Below, in pieces: positions 30,079 to 41,057 of a stretch of 64,000 bases of DNA. The notes under the pieces are model-generated. The model saw only the letters and a program-made list of their open reading frames with translations, was not told where the DNA came from and made no database searches. The DNA comes from Eledone cirrhosa. Lineage: Eukaryota. The first letter of the stretch is position 1. The number at the start of each line of letters is the position of its first letter. A program made the position numbers and the translations under genes. The DNA is taken from assembly GCA_964016885.1 (NCBI GenBank), contig OZ024740.1, forward strand, positions 60,140,001 to 60,204,000, in the 5' to 3' direction.

Positions 30079-30223
30079 CAGCATAGAGTTACGGCCCTTT
30101 ATGATCTGAGTTCAAATCCCGCGAGGTTAACTTTGCCTTTCATCCTTACGGGGTTGATAAAATAAAGTACCAGTAATACGCTGAGGGTATTTTCTGGCCT
30201 TGTGCCTAACGTAGAAACAATTA
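30079..30223 (+). mobile_element. tRNA-derived SINE, 5'-truncated
   Basis: B-box GAGTTCAAATCCC, core TTTGCCTTTCATCCTTACGGGGTTGATAAAATAAAGTACCAGT and the 3' end GTAGAAACAATTA are shared with the other copies. Confidence 0.9.
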
Positions 30224-30429
30224 TATTCCCTCAGAAAGAATACTACCTTGTTATTCAAGAACTAGCCAGCAACTAAGTTTTCTTAATATTTACAGTTTTT
30301 CTATAGTTTGTTTTTCATAATTGTTCAAGGCTCACAACCTATACGTTTACTTGGCTGATGGTTAACTCTCTTGAGACGAGTACACATTCACAATCTAATT
30401 ATTTTTCTTACTGTTTAATCAGGAAGGAC

Positions 30430-30557
30430 AGGTGGCGAATTGGCAAAGCCGTTGGCACGTCGGATAGAATGTTTTGCTGTATTGGTTCCGGCTTTCTGAG
30501 TTGAAATATTCCGAGGTGAGCTTTGGCTTTCATCAATTCGGAGTCGATAAAAATTAG
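30430..30557 (+). mobile_element. Older diverged SINE copy
   Basis: GGTGGCGAATTGGCA head and degenerate B-box/core CTTTGGCTTTCATC...GAGTCGATAAAA. Confidence 0.6.
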
Positions 30558-31161
30558 GTCATCTGTTTTATTAGAGTTGGCCCAGGGCTAAACAACAACG
30601 ACGACAACAAATAACAGCATCACTCTGTTTCTCGAAAATGTAGTATGACAAGATAACGATCCTGAAAGATTATTAACACATCTATCCTTATTATATTCCT
30701 CTATCGTTTTTTAGATAACTTTTAAGATTTAGCTGTAAAATATAGTAGGTTGAGCCACCAATACATGGTATTATCCTGAGTAGTTTTGATAAGAGATGAA
30801 CCACATATATTTCTAAAGTTTATAACAACACAAAGTAATATGCGAATATGTATATTAGGAATCCATTTAAAGAAAGAGAAAGACTTGTCAATGGATGCGA
30901 GAACAATCAGAAGTTTAAGACATAATAAAATATATTTGGAGGAGAATGAACAAATGACGGCAGGTGGACAAAACAATGTACTGTAAAGAGAGACTGAGAT
31001 AAAACAGATTCTTAAGAGGGGTGGTGAGTTGGAAACATGAGATCCATGAAGTTGTGGACATTACATAGATAAGATTGGCTGCGAATAAAACCACTGGCAC
31101 TTTGCTGTGGGTAGATAATGACTAAAAATGATGATGAGAAAGTATCGCTGCTTAGACAATT

Positions 31162-31348
31162 AATGGTTTCTTATATAGGCACAATGCCAGTAATTTTAAA
31201 TCGACCCCAGTGCGTGACTAGTACTTTATTTTATTGACCCGTAAGGATAAAAGGCAAAGTTAACCTCGGCGGGATTTGAACTGAAACCGTAAAGGGCCCT
31301 AACTCTATGCGGCAAAGCATGGTTTCCGTCTCTCTACCGATACTGGAA
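31162..31348 (-). mobile_element. tRNA-derived SINE, 5' end joined to (ATT)n
   Basis: Reverse complement of the SINE consensus; nearly identical to the 37881-38089 copy. Confidence 0.9.

Positions 31349-31423
<75 letters not shown>
31349..31423. repeat. (AAT)25 microsatellite at the LINE 3' junction
   Basis: Direct reading. Confidence 0.97.
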
Positions 31424-31425
<2 letters not shown>

Positions 31426-31673
31426 TTTCTTTATTAACCACAAGCGTTTACATAAAGTAGACATTAAGGACAGTGCAGGACAATGCAGGACGGTACAAAT
31501 GGGCATTTCTGCGTGTAAAAAACAAAAACAGAGGATGTAACAAAAAATAACAATGAAAAATTCCCCAATAGGGGGCAGACTTCGGAGGGACATTTGTGGA
31601 GAAAGCCCAGTAAAAAGCCACAATGACCCTGACCACCAAGGCAAGTGCCCTCTCCCAGTTTTCCACCTTTAAT

Positions 31674-34600
31674 TTACAGATATATACTCAGAGTAGGCCC
31701 ATTCACTCGGGCCATTCTTGCTTCTCTCACCCATCTTTCAACAAAATGCTGGGAAGAGAGCACTTCCCTCTCTACTCTGATTTTCCTTTTCAAATGAAAT
31801 TTGAAAAAGTCAATCAGAGCATCACCGAAGAGGTAAGTGCTCGTCTTCAGCCCTTTCAAACGTGTCCACCATACTATCTCTTTCACCATGGCCACCAGGC
31901 AGATAAAAACTGCCTGCCCTTCCCGGCTAAAGGAGGAGGGCGAGGCAATCCTCACGATGGACTCAGATGATAGCCGGATCCGTCCTAAACGCGACAGCAG
32001 GTGTTCGACATAAACCCACAAGTCAGCAATTTTCGGACACTGGACGAGTGCGTGCAGGACGGTTTCGTCGCCCTGCGCGCATCTCGGACATGCCCGGCTG
32101 ACGGCACCTCCATGCCTGTAGAGTTTATCCCGAACTGGCAAGGCTCCTCGGTAGCACTGCCAGGCCAGAGATTTCTTGAAGTTGTCCATAGGCCCCGGCC
32201 CGAAAGTCCTTCCGAAGAGATTGGCTAGTTGATTTTCGTCGACGCCTAGAGTTTCTCCAAGTACGTCGTCGCTCTTCCCCTCCACTAATCCTCTATAGAA
32301 CGCAAAGGTGGAGTTTCCACCGATCACATTGCCCGATTGGTAGAGGGCTGTGAGCGCCTGAAGATATTCCATTCTCCAAGCGCTCCCTCTCGGTCTTCGC
32401 TTGACCCAGGACTGCAGCTCCGTCAAGAAGACGAGCTGGGGAAAGACGTGTCTAGCAAACGGCGACCACACCTGATCACCGTCGAGGAAGAGGTGGAGAT
32501 GTCGTAGCCTGAGCGCGTGTCTGCGCATCATCAGCCACGGCATGCCCAGCCCTCCACGTAGCGGGTGTTGACAGCAGATGGACCGCCTGACCATCGGAGC
32601 GCGTCCCTTCCACAAAAAGTGACAAAGCAAACGCTCCAGCGCAGTCAGGCGGGGCTTAGGACAAGGTACGACGGTCAGGCGGTAGTAGATGACGGACGCG
32701 ATGTACGCGTTAGTCACCTCCGCTCGACCTTTCAGGGATAGCTTCCTCTCCGACCATTTCTGGATGAGAGAAGCCACCCTGCTCGTCACCTCGTCCCAGT
32801 TTTTGTCCGTCTGGAGGTCTGAACCGAACCAGACACCTAGCAATTTAACCGGTCCGTCCGTCCAGCGCCCGACGACGCTGTTGGACGGCATGGACCTGCC
32901 TCTTCAGGTGCCGAGCTGCAGGCCCACTGACTTTTCCTGGTTGATCATTGCTCCTGTCACCGCTTCGTATTCTCTTAGTGTAGTGCCGTCGCCTCGATGT
33001 ATTTGGCGTTCGACACCACTACGGTGACATCGTCCGCATATGCTGACACGGATCTTCCGCATCCTAGTTCGCACGGGACCCCCCTAAACGTCTCCAGTTT
33101 GTGCAGTAATGGCTCGAGAGTCAATACGTACAATAGGGACGAGAGGGGACATCCTTGGCGGACCGAGCGCATGATGTTGAACGGTTCCGAAAGGTGACCG
33201 TTCACTCTCACTACAGAGCAGATGTCGCTGTGCATGGCAGCGATCCAGCCTCTGAAGACGGGCCCAAAGCCAGCCGCCCTCAGGACTGCCGCTAGGTAAC
33301 GATGGTCGACCCTATCGAAGGCTTTCGACTGATCTAAATTGATCAAAGACCCACCCGTGCCAGGTTCCCTAGCTACCCTCTCTACGATGTATCGCATGAG
33401 GTGGAGGTTGTCGTGGATGGATCTGTAGGGAATGGCGCATGTCTGAGCCTCTCCCACCACACAACCAACGACAAGCGCCAACCTATTTGCTAACACCCTG
33501 GCCAAAATCTTGAACTCTGGGTTTAGCAGAGTTATGGGCCTAAAATTATCTATGTTATCCCCCTTGTTCGGATCCTTTCTCAGCAGCGCCACCGCTCCTC
33601 GGCTCACAGAGCTGGGAATTCTCCCGTTCTGTTGCCAGTTGCAGTAGACGTCCGCCAAGAGGCCTCCGAACAAGTCTGGCATTTGTACATAAAGTTCATA
33701 GGGCAGACCATCCTAACCAGGTGATTGACCCCTTGTGCAGCCAGTCATTGCCTCCCGTACTTCAGTGGCTGTTATCGGCTTTTCGCAACACTCCGCCTCA
33801 GTGGCCGAGAGCCGCGGCAGTCCGTCGATGTAGACACTAAAGTTCATCCCTCGATGCGGCCCGCCGCTGCCCCAGAACAGTTGAGCGAAGTGTTGCTGAA
33901 AAGCTCCCCACATTTGTCCGGGATCGAGTAGCATGCGCCCGTCGTGGTCCACCAAAGACCGGATCGTGGCTTTGTTGCCACGACGCGCCTCCGCCACTCT
34001 GGCCCATTGAACGGCTTTCGTCCCCGCGTATCTGAGAGCATACACCCTAGCTCTGACAACGCAACCTTCATGCTTTGCATTGAAGAATTGGTCAAGGGCC
34101 AATTTCGCCGCAAGCACGTCGGTAGCGATGCCTTTGCAAAGCGCCTCGTCTAATTTTCTAACTAATTCTCCCTCTGCTCTATTTTTCTCTATTGCTAAAG
34201 CCTTACTAAACCTAATGGACTCTATTCTAATTGCTCTTTTCAGAGAAAACCACCACTTGTTGTTGACGATGGCCCCCGTCAACGCCCGCTTAACTAGTTC
34301 GCTAATCCGGTCTCTGTAGGCCTTGCGCGCTGGTAAGGACGCGTTTAGCTTCCAGTAGCCGGGTCCTCGTCTATGAAGCCTATCTAAGTCAAGCACACAG
34401 ATCACGAATTTGTGGTCCGTGTAGCTGACTATCTTGAATTGTGGACAGCCTATGCGAGACCTATCTATTTCCCTACAAAATACTCTATCTAGATATGATC
34501 TGGATGACCCTATGCGATTTGTCCAAGTCCACATTGGTACATTCAGGAAATCCAATCGGTACCTGTCAGACAGTTCAAAACCCCTGAGCAGGTTGGTGAG

Positions 34601-35092
34601 GCTCTTGCACCCTCCTTCCCTATCCACTAATCCCACACAATCCCAGCGTGCATCTAAGATCCCGTTCCAGTCGCCCACTAACACTAAAGAGCGGGACGTT
34701 CCAAGAAAGATCTCCAGACGCCGGAAGAAATCAGGCCGCCCAGCTCCTGTCGGGGCATAGACGGCCACTAACCTGAAAGCTTGCCCGTCTCCGCTGGTCA
34801 CGTCCAGCACCACCAACTTACCTTCTGGGTCCAGGAAGATGGCCCGTATGGCGAGATCCAGACCTCTCCGAAAAAGCACAGCAACTCCTCCCCCCGATCC
34901 CCGACGGCTGGGAGATGCGTACACATCGTAGCCGCCGAAGATCGGTGCGAAGGCCCGTGCTTCGGAGATTCTGGTCTCGCTGATGGCCACTACATCTATG
35001 TTTAGTGACCTGAGGTCGTTGAGCAGGTGGCCCTGCTTCCATGACGACCCCAAGCCACGCGCATTTATGCTGCCTATTCTGAGTGAGGTCAT
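31674..35092 (-). pseudogene. Tx1-like ORF2 (APE endonuclease, reverse transcriptase, C-terminal zinc finger) with one nonsense codon (~33713) and one frameshift (~32980)
   Basis: APE motifs INARGL, SET, VYAP, GDWN, YLD, TDH, GPGYWKLN; SPG*DG; RT motifs FRPITLLN, LDQSKAFDRV, VRQGCPLS, YADD; CPRC..ETVLH...C. Confidence 0.93.
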
Positions 35093-35138
35093 GTTGAAAA
35101 GGAGTGGAAAAGATGGGAAAGACCACTTACCTTACTTC

Positions 35139-37057
35139 TCATAGAGAAAGGACGGTTTTTCCATCCTTTTCACTGGCCTCCTCCGGAAGGATGTCCTTAT
35201 AAATCCTCCTGGAGAGTGCTTGTCGGAAGTCTCCGATGTCTTTGGGGAATTTTTGTTTTAGTGTCATGTACGTTTTCTGTGTGATGCGAGTGATTTGTAT
35301 GTGTGGAGGTGGTGTGAATTTTTGGGTTGTTGTGTAGTCTTTTTCTGTGATGCTGGTGTTGTGTTGGATGTAGTGTAATAATTGCTTGTTGTTCAAATTT
35401 AATGCTGTGTAGTGTCTATCGTTTTGGTTGTTTTGTTTTGTTTGCGTTTGTTGTGGGTTTGTTTCTGTTTCGCATTTTGGTGACTTTTGTGGTGTAGGTG
35501 ATGGTGGTGTTGGTGTTTGGGGTGATGGGGTTGGTGATGCTGGTGTGGATGGTGGCCTATCTGTTCTAACTTTTTTGTTTGTTAATTTATTTGTTTCCCT
35601 TTGTATTTTGTTTTTGGAGGGGGAAGGAAGAGAATTTTTTTCTTTTTTGGTTTCTTTTTTTTTTTCCTGATACCGTTTCCCACCCCTCGTCGTCACAATC
35701 TGTCTCCAGTTGGGATAGACCGGGGAGTGGAAAATCCTCCACAGGCGTTAGTTTTGGTTGTGGCGTGGTGGATGGTGTAGGCGCTGGTGCTAGTTCTGAA
35801 GCGTTGGGTGGTGGTGGTGGTGGTGTTGGTTTTGCTACTGTTGCTGGAGTTGTTGCTGTTATAGTTGCTTCTGTTGTTGCTACTACAGTTGTTGCTACTG
35901 GTGGTGTTGATGGTTGAGTCACTGGGGTGGGTAGGAGAGGTGGCCTCAACCTTTAAGCCTGAGGGCAGAAAGCCCTTAGGTGGGTTCCTTCACCACAAAC
36001 GACACACCTAGGCCTTCTGCCCTCGACAATTACGGTGAGGTGGCTGCCGTCAGTGAGGTCTATTACCTCTGGGATCTCCTCAATGCTTTTTTGGTCCGCT
36101 TGGATCAGGAGCTCCATCCCAGATCCGGACCAGTTCTCCTGCTTTTCTTTTGCTATTGCTATTATCTTTGTGTTGGCTTCGATGCCGGCGAGGACGGCCG
36201 CTATTAGCCAGGGAATGTCGATGGCCGGTGGAACGTGGGTCACCCTGATCTTTACGACTCTCTGGCCACAATAGCTTGGGACGAGTGTGAAGTCGTCACT
36301 TCTTAATGGGGCCATGGAGTGTTTTCTAGCCTCCTCTGGTGTTTCAAAGAACACGTCCACGGTTCCATACTTCTGTCCACGTTTGATGTGAGTTTTTCTT
36401 GCCCACACATGTCCCAAAGCTTTTTGGATTTGGGACTCGGATGCCCGTTCCACTCGGCGCGATTTTACATTAATTGTTCGATACGACACGGTGCATAGGC
36501 GCCGATGCTCCATTTTATTAGGTGGGTGGGGGGCTGACCCTGTACCCATATTTCTTTACCATTTTTTGGAAATTTTCTAATTCCTCCTGAATTACTGTAA
36601 ATGCTTCGCACTGTTTTGCTACTCTGACAAAATTCAGGGTGGTTTTTTTTAATGTCATTGTTGCTGTTGTTGTTATCTTTATTTTTGTTATTATTAATTT
36701 TAGTTTCAGTTGTGGTGGTGGTGACGTCAGTGGTGTTCGGTGTGGAAGAGTCCATTTTGGTTGAAAACATTTCGAAATCACGAGTTGATTTATTTTTTCC
36801 TTTTGTTTCTGTTGTCGCGGTGGTGGTGGGGTGGTGGTTGTCGCGGTGGTGGTGGTGGTGGTGGCGGCTTTAACACCTGCAGTCATTGGTAATGGCGGGA
36901 AATGAATGTCTGCCTGAGACAAATTTAAAATATTGCTACTGCTTATATTTTTTTTAGTGTTGGCAAACGTAGTAACATTTACAATGGTGGTGTCGGTGTG
37001 AGGTGTTAATTTGTGAGGAAGGCTCTCAGCTGCTTGGTGCAGAGGTGAATTAGCCAT
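35139..37057 (-). pseudogene. Tx1-like ORF1 (gag-like nucleic-acid-binding protein), disrupted
   Basis: Four consecutive ORF pieces, joined by frameshifts in homopolymer runs and one in-frame stop at ~35953; CX2CX4HX4C knuckle RPRCVVCGEGTHLRAFCP; Pro/Thr-rich linker; GWETVSGKK motif. Confidence 0.85.
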
Positions 37058-37257
37058 TTTTTTTTCAAAGAAATTTTTTGATAATCATAAAAGTTTAAAT
37101 TTTGGGCACAAAGCCCCAATCTCTTTGGGTGTCCTTTTCGGAAAACAATGTATGTGCGCTTAACAATAAAAATTTTCCATAAATGGCAATTTTTAACAAA
37201 CGGAAATAACAAACCTTTGCGGAGCTCACGATGATACGATTTACTACGTAGGTCGCC

Positions 37258-37311
<54 letters not shown>
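37258..37311. repeat. (AAT)18 at the LINE 5' junction, continuous with a SINE 3' tail
   Basis: Followed immediately by TGTTTCTACTTTTGGCACAAGGCC, the SINE 3' end on the minus strand. Confidence 0.95.
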
Positions 37312-37550
37312 TGTTTCTACTTTTGGCACAAGGCCAGCAATTACCCAGTGTATTAAGAATAGTAGTAATAATTGTTTCTAATTTTGGCACAAGGCCAGCA
37401 ATTACTCAGTACATTACTGGTACTTTTTTATCGACCCCGTAAGGATGAAAGGCAAAGTTGACCTCGGTGGGATTTGAACTCAGAATGGAAAGGGCCGTAA
37501 CTCTATGCGTCAAAGCATGACGTCCGACCCTCTACCGATACTGCCAATCC
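37312..37550 (-). mobile_element. SINE 3' fragment (37312-37351) plus a SINE copy (37371-37550)
   Basis: Match to the SINE consensus; the 3' end is duplicated. Confidence 0.88.
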
Positions 37551-37815
37551 GATAATAATATATATATATATAAAATTATGAAAGGGTTAAAGTTGTAATT
37601 TAATATTCATGATATATATATATTCTTATATATTTTTCTATGAAATAGTTTACAAGCTCAATCTCCTGTCACAGTTTGTTCTGGTAGAAAGGTTTCTACA
37701 TTATTTTTAGAATTTAATCAAACTTCATTTTATAGAAAGATGTTAATGACATATACACAAATAACATAACTTTAAAAACAATATTTAAAAACATTGCGTT
37801 GGCAGCAACAACTGT

Positions 37816-37859
<44 letters not shown>

Positions 37860-37881
37860 TATTATTATTATTATTATTATT
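37816..37881. repeat. (ATC)n(ATT)n compound microsatellite
   Basis: Direct reading. Confidence 0.95.
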
Positions 37882-38089
37882 TTCCAGTATCAGTAGAGAG
37901 TCGGAAACCATGCTTTGCAGCATAGAGTTAGGGCCCTTTACGGTTTCAGTTCAAATCCCGCCGAGGTTAACTTTGCCTTTCATCCTTACGGGGTCGATAA
38001 AATAAAGTACCAGTAATGTACTGGGGTCGATTTAATCGACTTTCCCCTCCCCCAAAATTGCTGGCCTTGTGCCTATATAACAAACCATT
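37881..38089 (+). mobile_element. tRNA-derived SINE (long 3' variant)
   Basis: B-box CAGTTCAAATCCC and core; 3' CTGGCCTTGTGCC. Confidence 0.9.
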
Positions 38090-38092
38090 ATA

Positions 38093-38156
38093 CAGGGTGG
38101 GGCATAAAGATGTCCCACATTTTGAAGAATGTGGGAAGTCTTTATGCCTCACCCTG
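38093..38156. mobile_element. 64-bp Tc1/mariner-type MITE (two TIRs head to head), TA target duplication
   Basis: TA|CAGGGTGGGGCATAAAGA..TCCCACATT-ttgaag-AATGTGGGA..TCTTTATGCCTCACCCTG|TA. Confidence 0.85.
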
Positions 38157-38162
38157 TACTTC

Positions 38163-38372
38163 AGGGTGGTGGATTAGTAAATTTGGTTGAGCGTCAGGTA
38201 AATGCAGTATTTATCCAGCTCAATATGTTCTGAGTTAAAACGTCGCCGAGCTCTATTTTGTCTGTCATCCTTTGGGGGTGTATAAAAGAAATGACCAGTC
38301 AAGTATTGGGTTCGATATAACCCATTACCCCGATCCGAAAATTTCTGGCCTTGTGCTTATATTAAAAAACAT
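38163..38372 (+). mobile_element. Old diverged SINE copy
   Basis: Degenerate head GGGTGGTGGATT, TCTGAGTT, TCATCCTTTGGGGG and CTGGCCTTGTGC. Confidence 0.65.
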
Positions 38373-39156
38373 TGTCATACTTGTCCTTTGAATTTTTTGT
38401 CACGCTCGTGGAAAATTGTTAGTAAGTTTTGTCATTCCTTTTTGTCTTTATTTTTGCCTGAGTATTATCATATCCTTATTTATAAGGTGCCCTACTTCGC
38501 ACTGCGGAAGCCACAACCTATAGCCTGGGCTCTTCGTGGCAATATTTGTATTTTAAACACACATGCGCGCCTTCCCCATGTTTTTTAGCTAAAAATTTGG
38601 AGTTTAAAAAAAGATAACCTACTCCACCTACAGAAGCTGATAGACAATTTTGTTAATCCGCAGATAAAAGAATTAAAGAACTACGACTTAGCTTTCGTTA
38701 TAGACTAAAGCGTCGCTTTTCCTGCATAACTGTTAGCTGAAACACAGTCAGTACCACTGACACATGCCGAATGAATTGTTCGGTGTAGCAGAGTCTCTAG
38801 TTGAAACAATGAGTGCTGCTGTCAGAGATATACAGCAGTTCAGCAGTTGTGGCATGGCAATGAAGTTCTTCAAAAGAGAAAGGGTCAAATGCGCACCAAT
38901 CAAACGTGGCTTGCTCCTGAGTATTTCGAGCTGGTGGAACTTAGATTCGAAGATTGATCCAACACTAGGCGGAAAGATTGGTAGACCAAGATGATGACGT
39001 CATTTTCGGGGTCACCTGCACTTGACGTAATGCTAATCACACGTTGGCCTCGAAATGGCCTGTGTCGCACTTGACAATCATGAGATAAGATTTCCACCGA
39101 GTGGAAATCTTAGCAGACAGTGTTAACAGATCCATTTATTCCAAGTACCAAATAAT

Positions 39157-39339
39157 TGTTCTACTTTTGGCACAATGCCAACAATTATCCCAGTGCATTA
39201 CTGGTACTTTATTTTATCGACCCCGAAAGGATGAAAGGCAAAGTTAACCAGGGCGGGATTTGAACTCAGACCGTAAAAGGCTGTAACTCTATGCTGCTAA
39301 GCATGGTCCGACCTTCTACCGATTCTGCCAGCCCACCAC
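39157..39339 (-). mobile_element. tRNA-derived SINE with a 16-bp TSD CCAAGTACCAAATAAT
   Basis: TSD at 39141-39156 and 39340-39355. Confidence 0.92.
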
Positions 39340-39699
39340 CCAAGTACCAAATAATGAAAGGTGCCGTGATGCTGCGTTAGATGTCACCAAAGAAAACAAA
39401 AGCTGGCCTCAGGGATTTCCTTGGTAATCACCGGTGGAGGATGAAATGGTATTAACGGCAGTAATGAATATGCGTATGGACAGATATGATAAATAAAACA
39501 GTGGGTAGCTGCACCGAGTTAGACCAAAGTAGATTTTCAGCAAGTGGTCTGCTACGAAAATAGTTGTGATTCCTCATATCGAGCTTTACAATGAGATCTC
39601 TGGTCTGGAATCATCAATTAACTTTTTGGAGACGTGGATGGTGTCCTCACACATAACTCATTGTTTCGCCCAGTATAAAGACAGATTTACAAATTACTG

Positions 39700-40380
39700 T
39701 GGCTGCAAGCTTTCTAAAGACATTGTCCACACCTCAATTACTGCTGGCAGGGAAGCATCGCATTGCGCATATTCCTATCCTCACTAGCTTCTTGGCATAC
39801 CCTTATCAACGAGGTTTAGAATAACACAGAACATGTCACGACCAAATTATATAAAACTACCTATACGACCTCAATCCGATTCAATCTTCACAATGCAAAA
39901 TTTCCATCAGTCCAACATAAATGAGATGCTTGTCGCTTCCTTCAGCATACCACTCCCAACGTTACCTTTAAAGACGGTTTTCCATCGCAGCAGGAACCAG
40001 TAGGCTGAGCCTAGACGGCATCACAATTCGTCCGTTTCGATGTCCTAAACAAGGGATATGCGCTGCAGCAATATTTTCTCCAGCGACAGCTTCGTGAAAT
40101 CGGCGTCAGACAAAGGCTTAGCCGCCCGACAGGCCGAGGATAGCAAGCTCACAAAGTACCGGCTACTCTCTGATAGGTTTCTTGTGGAACCTATAACGGG
40201 AGAAATCTCTAGTTCTGAGTAACTGAACTAGCTCCCTACTCAGTTCAATCAGGATGACGATAGCAATCCACGAGAACGACCCATGCGAGGTAGACTTGCT
40301 CTTTCAGCACATCACCTTGGCAATCTTTCAGAATTATACATTGACCAGTTTGTCTTCCGGGGCCATAAAACATTTGCAGC
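39700..40380 (+). mobile_element. Degraded CRE-clade (REL endonuclease) non-LTR retrotransposon 3' region
   Basis: Manual translation gives LDGITIRPF, then DMRCSNIFSSDSFVKSASDKGLAARQAEDSKLTKYRLLSDRFLVEPITGE (40055-40222), then DPCEVDLLFQHITLAI. This resembles the RPDG..WD..AE..K..KY..P..E..LFQR.S.A pattern of CRE elements. Boundaries are approximate. Confidence 0.6.
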
Positions 40381-40509
40381 ACTAGCTGAGATTTCCTTTC
40401 TCAATTCAAAAACGCTCTGTACATGTTTTGTCCTTATTGGATTTCTTCAGTGAAGCATGGGTTTCTTCAGACATAGCAAATATAAGAGAATATCTATATT
40501 GATGTTCAC

Positions 40510-40660
40510 AGACAGCGAATTAATAGAGTCGCTAGAGTGTCGGTTAGAATGCTTTTCGGTATTTATTCCAGTTCTTTCAGTTCAAAACCCATCGAGATCA
40601 ACTTTACCTTTTATCATTTCGAGATCGATAACAAAAAGTAGTACTCCAGTACCTGGGGGT
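40510..40660 (+). mobile_element. Old diverged SINE copy
   Basis: CAGTTCAAAACCC B-box and degenerate core CTTTACCTTTTATCATTTCGAGATCGATAA. Confidence 0.55.
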
Positions 40661-40811
40661 CAATTCTTCTACATTCTCTCTCTCACACGCATTCAATCTC
40701 ACTCTTTCTCTCCCTCTTTGGAAAAATCGACTGTTCAGACTTGGAGAGGGGTGGGCTTCACCAGGTTTTTGAAATGTCCAAGACACGCAGTATGTTACTA
40801 TGACTCCATAA

Positions 40812-41057
40812 TACATACATAAATACATACATACATACATGCATGCATACATACACACATACATACATACATACATACATACATACATACATACATACAT
40901 ACATACATACATACATACATACATACATACATACATACATACATACATGCATGCATGCATACATACACACATACATACATACATACATACATACATACAT
41001 ACATACATACATACATACATACATACATACATACATACATACATACATACATACATA
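40812..41057. repeat. (TACA)n microsatellite
   Basis: Direct reading; further tracts at 43347-43424, 44062-44133, 44521-44670 and 45280-45348. Confidence 0.97.

Larger units (their letters stand above)
31424..37257 (-). mobile_element. Near full-length Tx1/L1-clade non-LTR retrotransposon (~5.8 kb) flanked by (AAT)n on both sides
   Basis: ORF1 with a zinc knuckle, ORF2 with APE-RT-CCHC, an AATAAA just before the 3' (ATT)n, and a 5' end directly abutting (ATT)n. Confidence 0.93.

Noticed and set aside
31231-31644. Poly-Leu/poly-Asn ORFs (also 37006-37329 and 37714-38005)
   Set aside because: Translations of (AAT)n/(ATC)n tracts plus SINE sequence.
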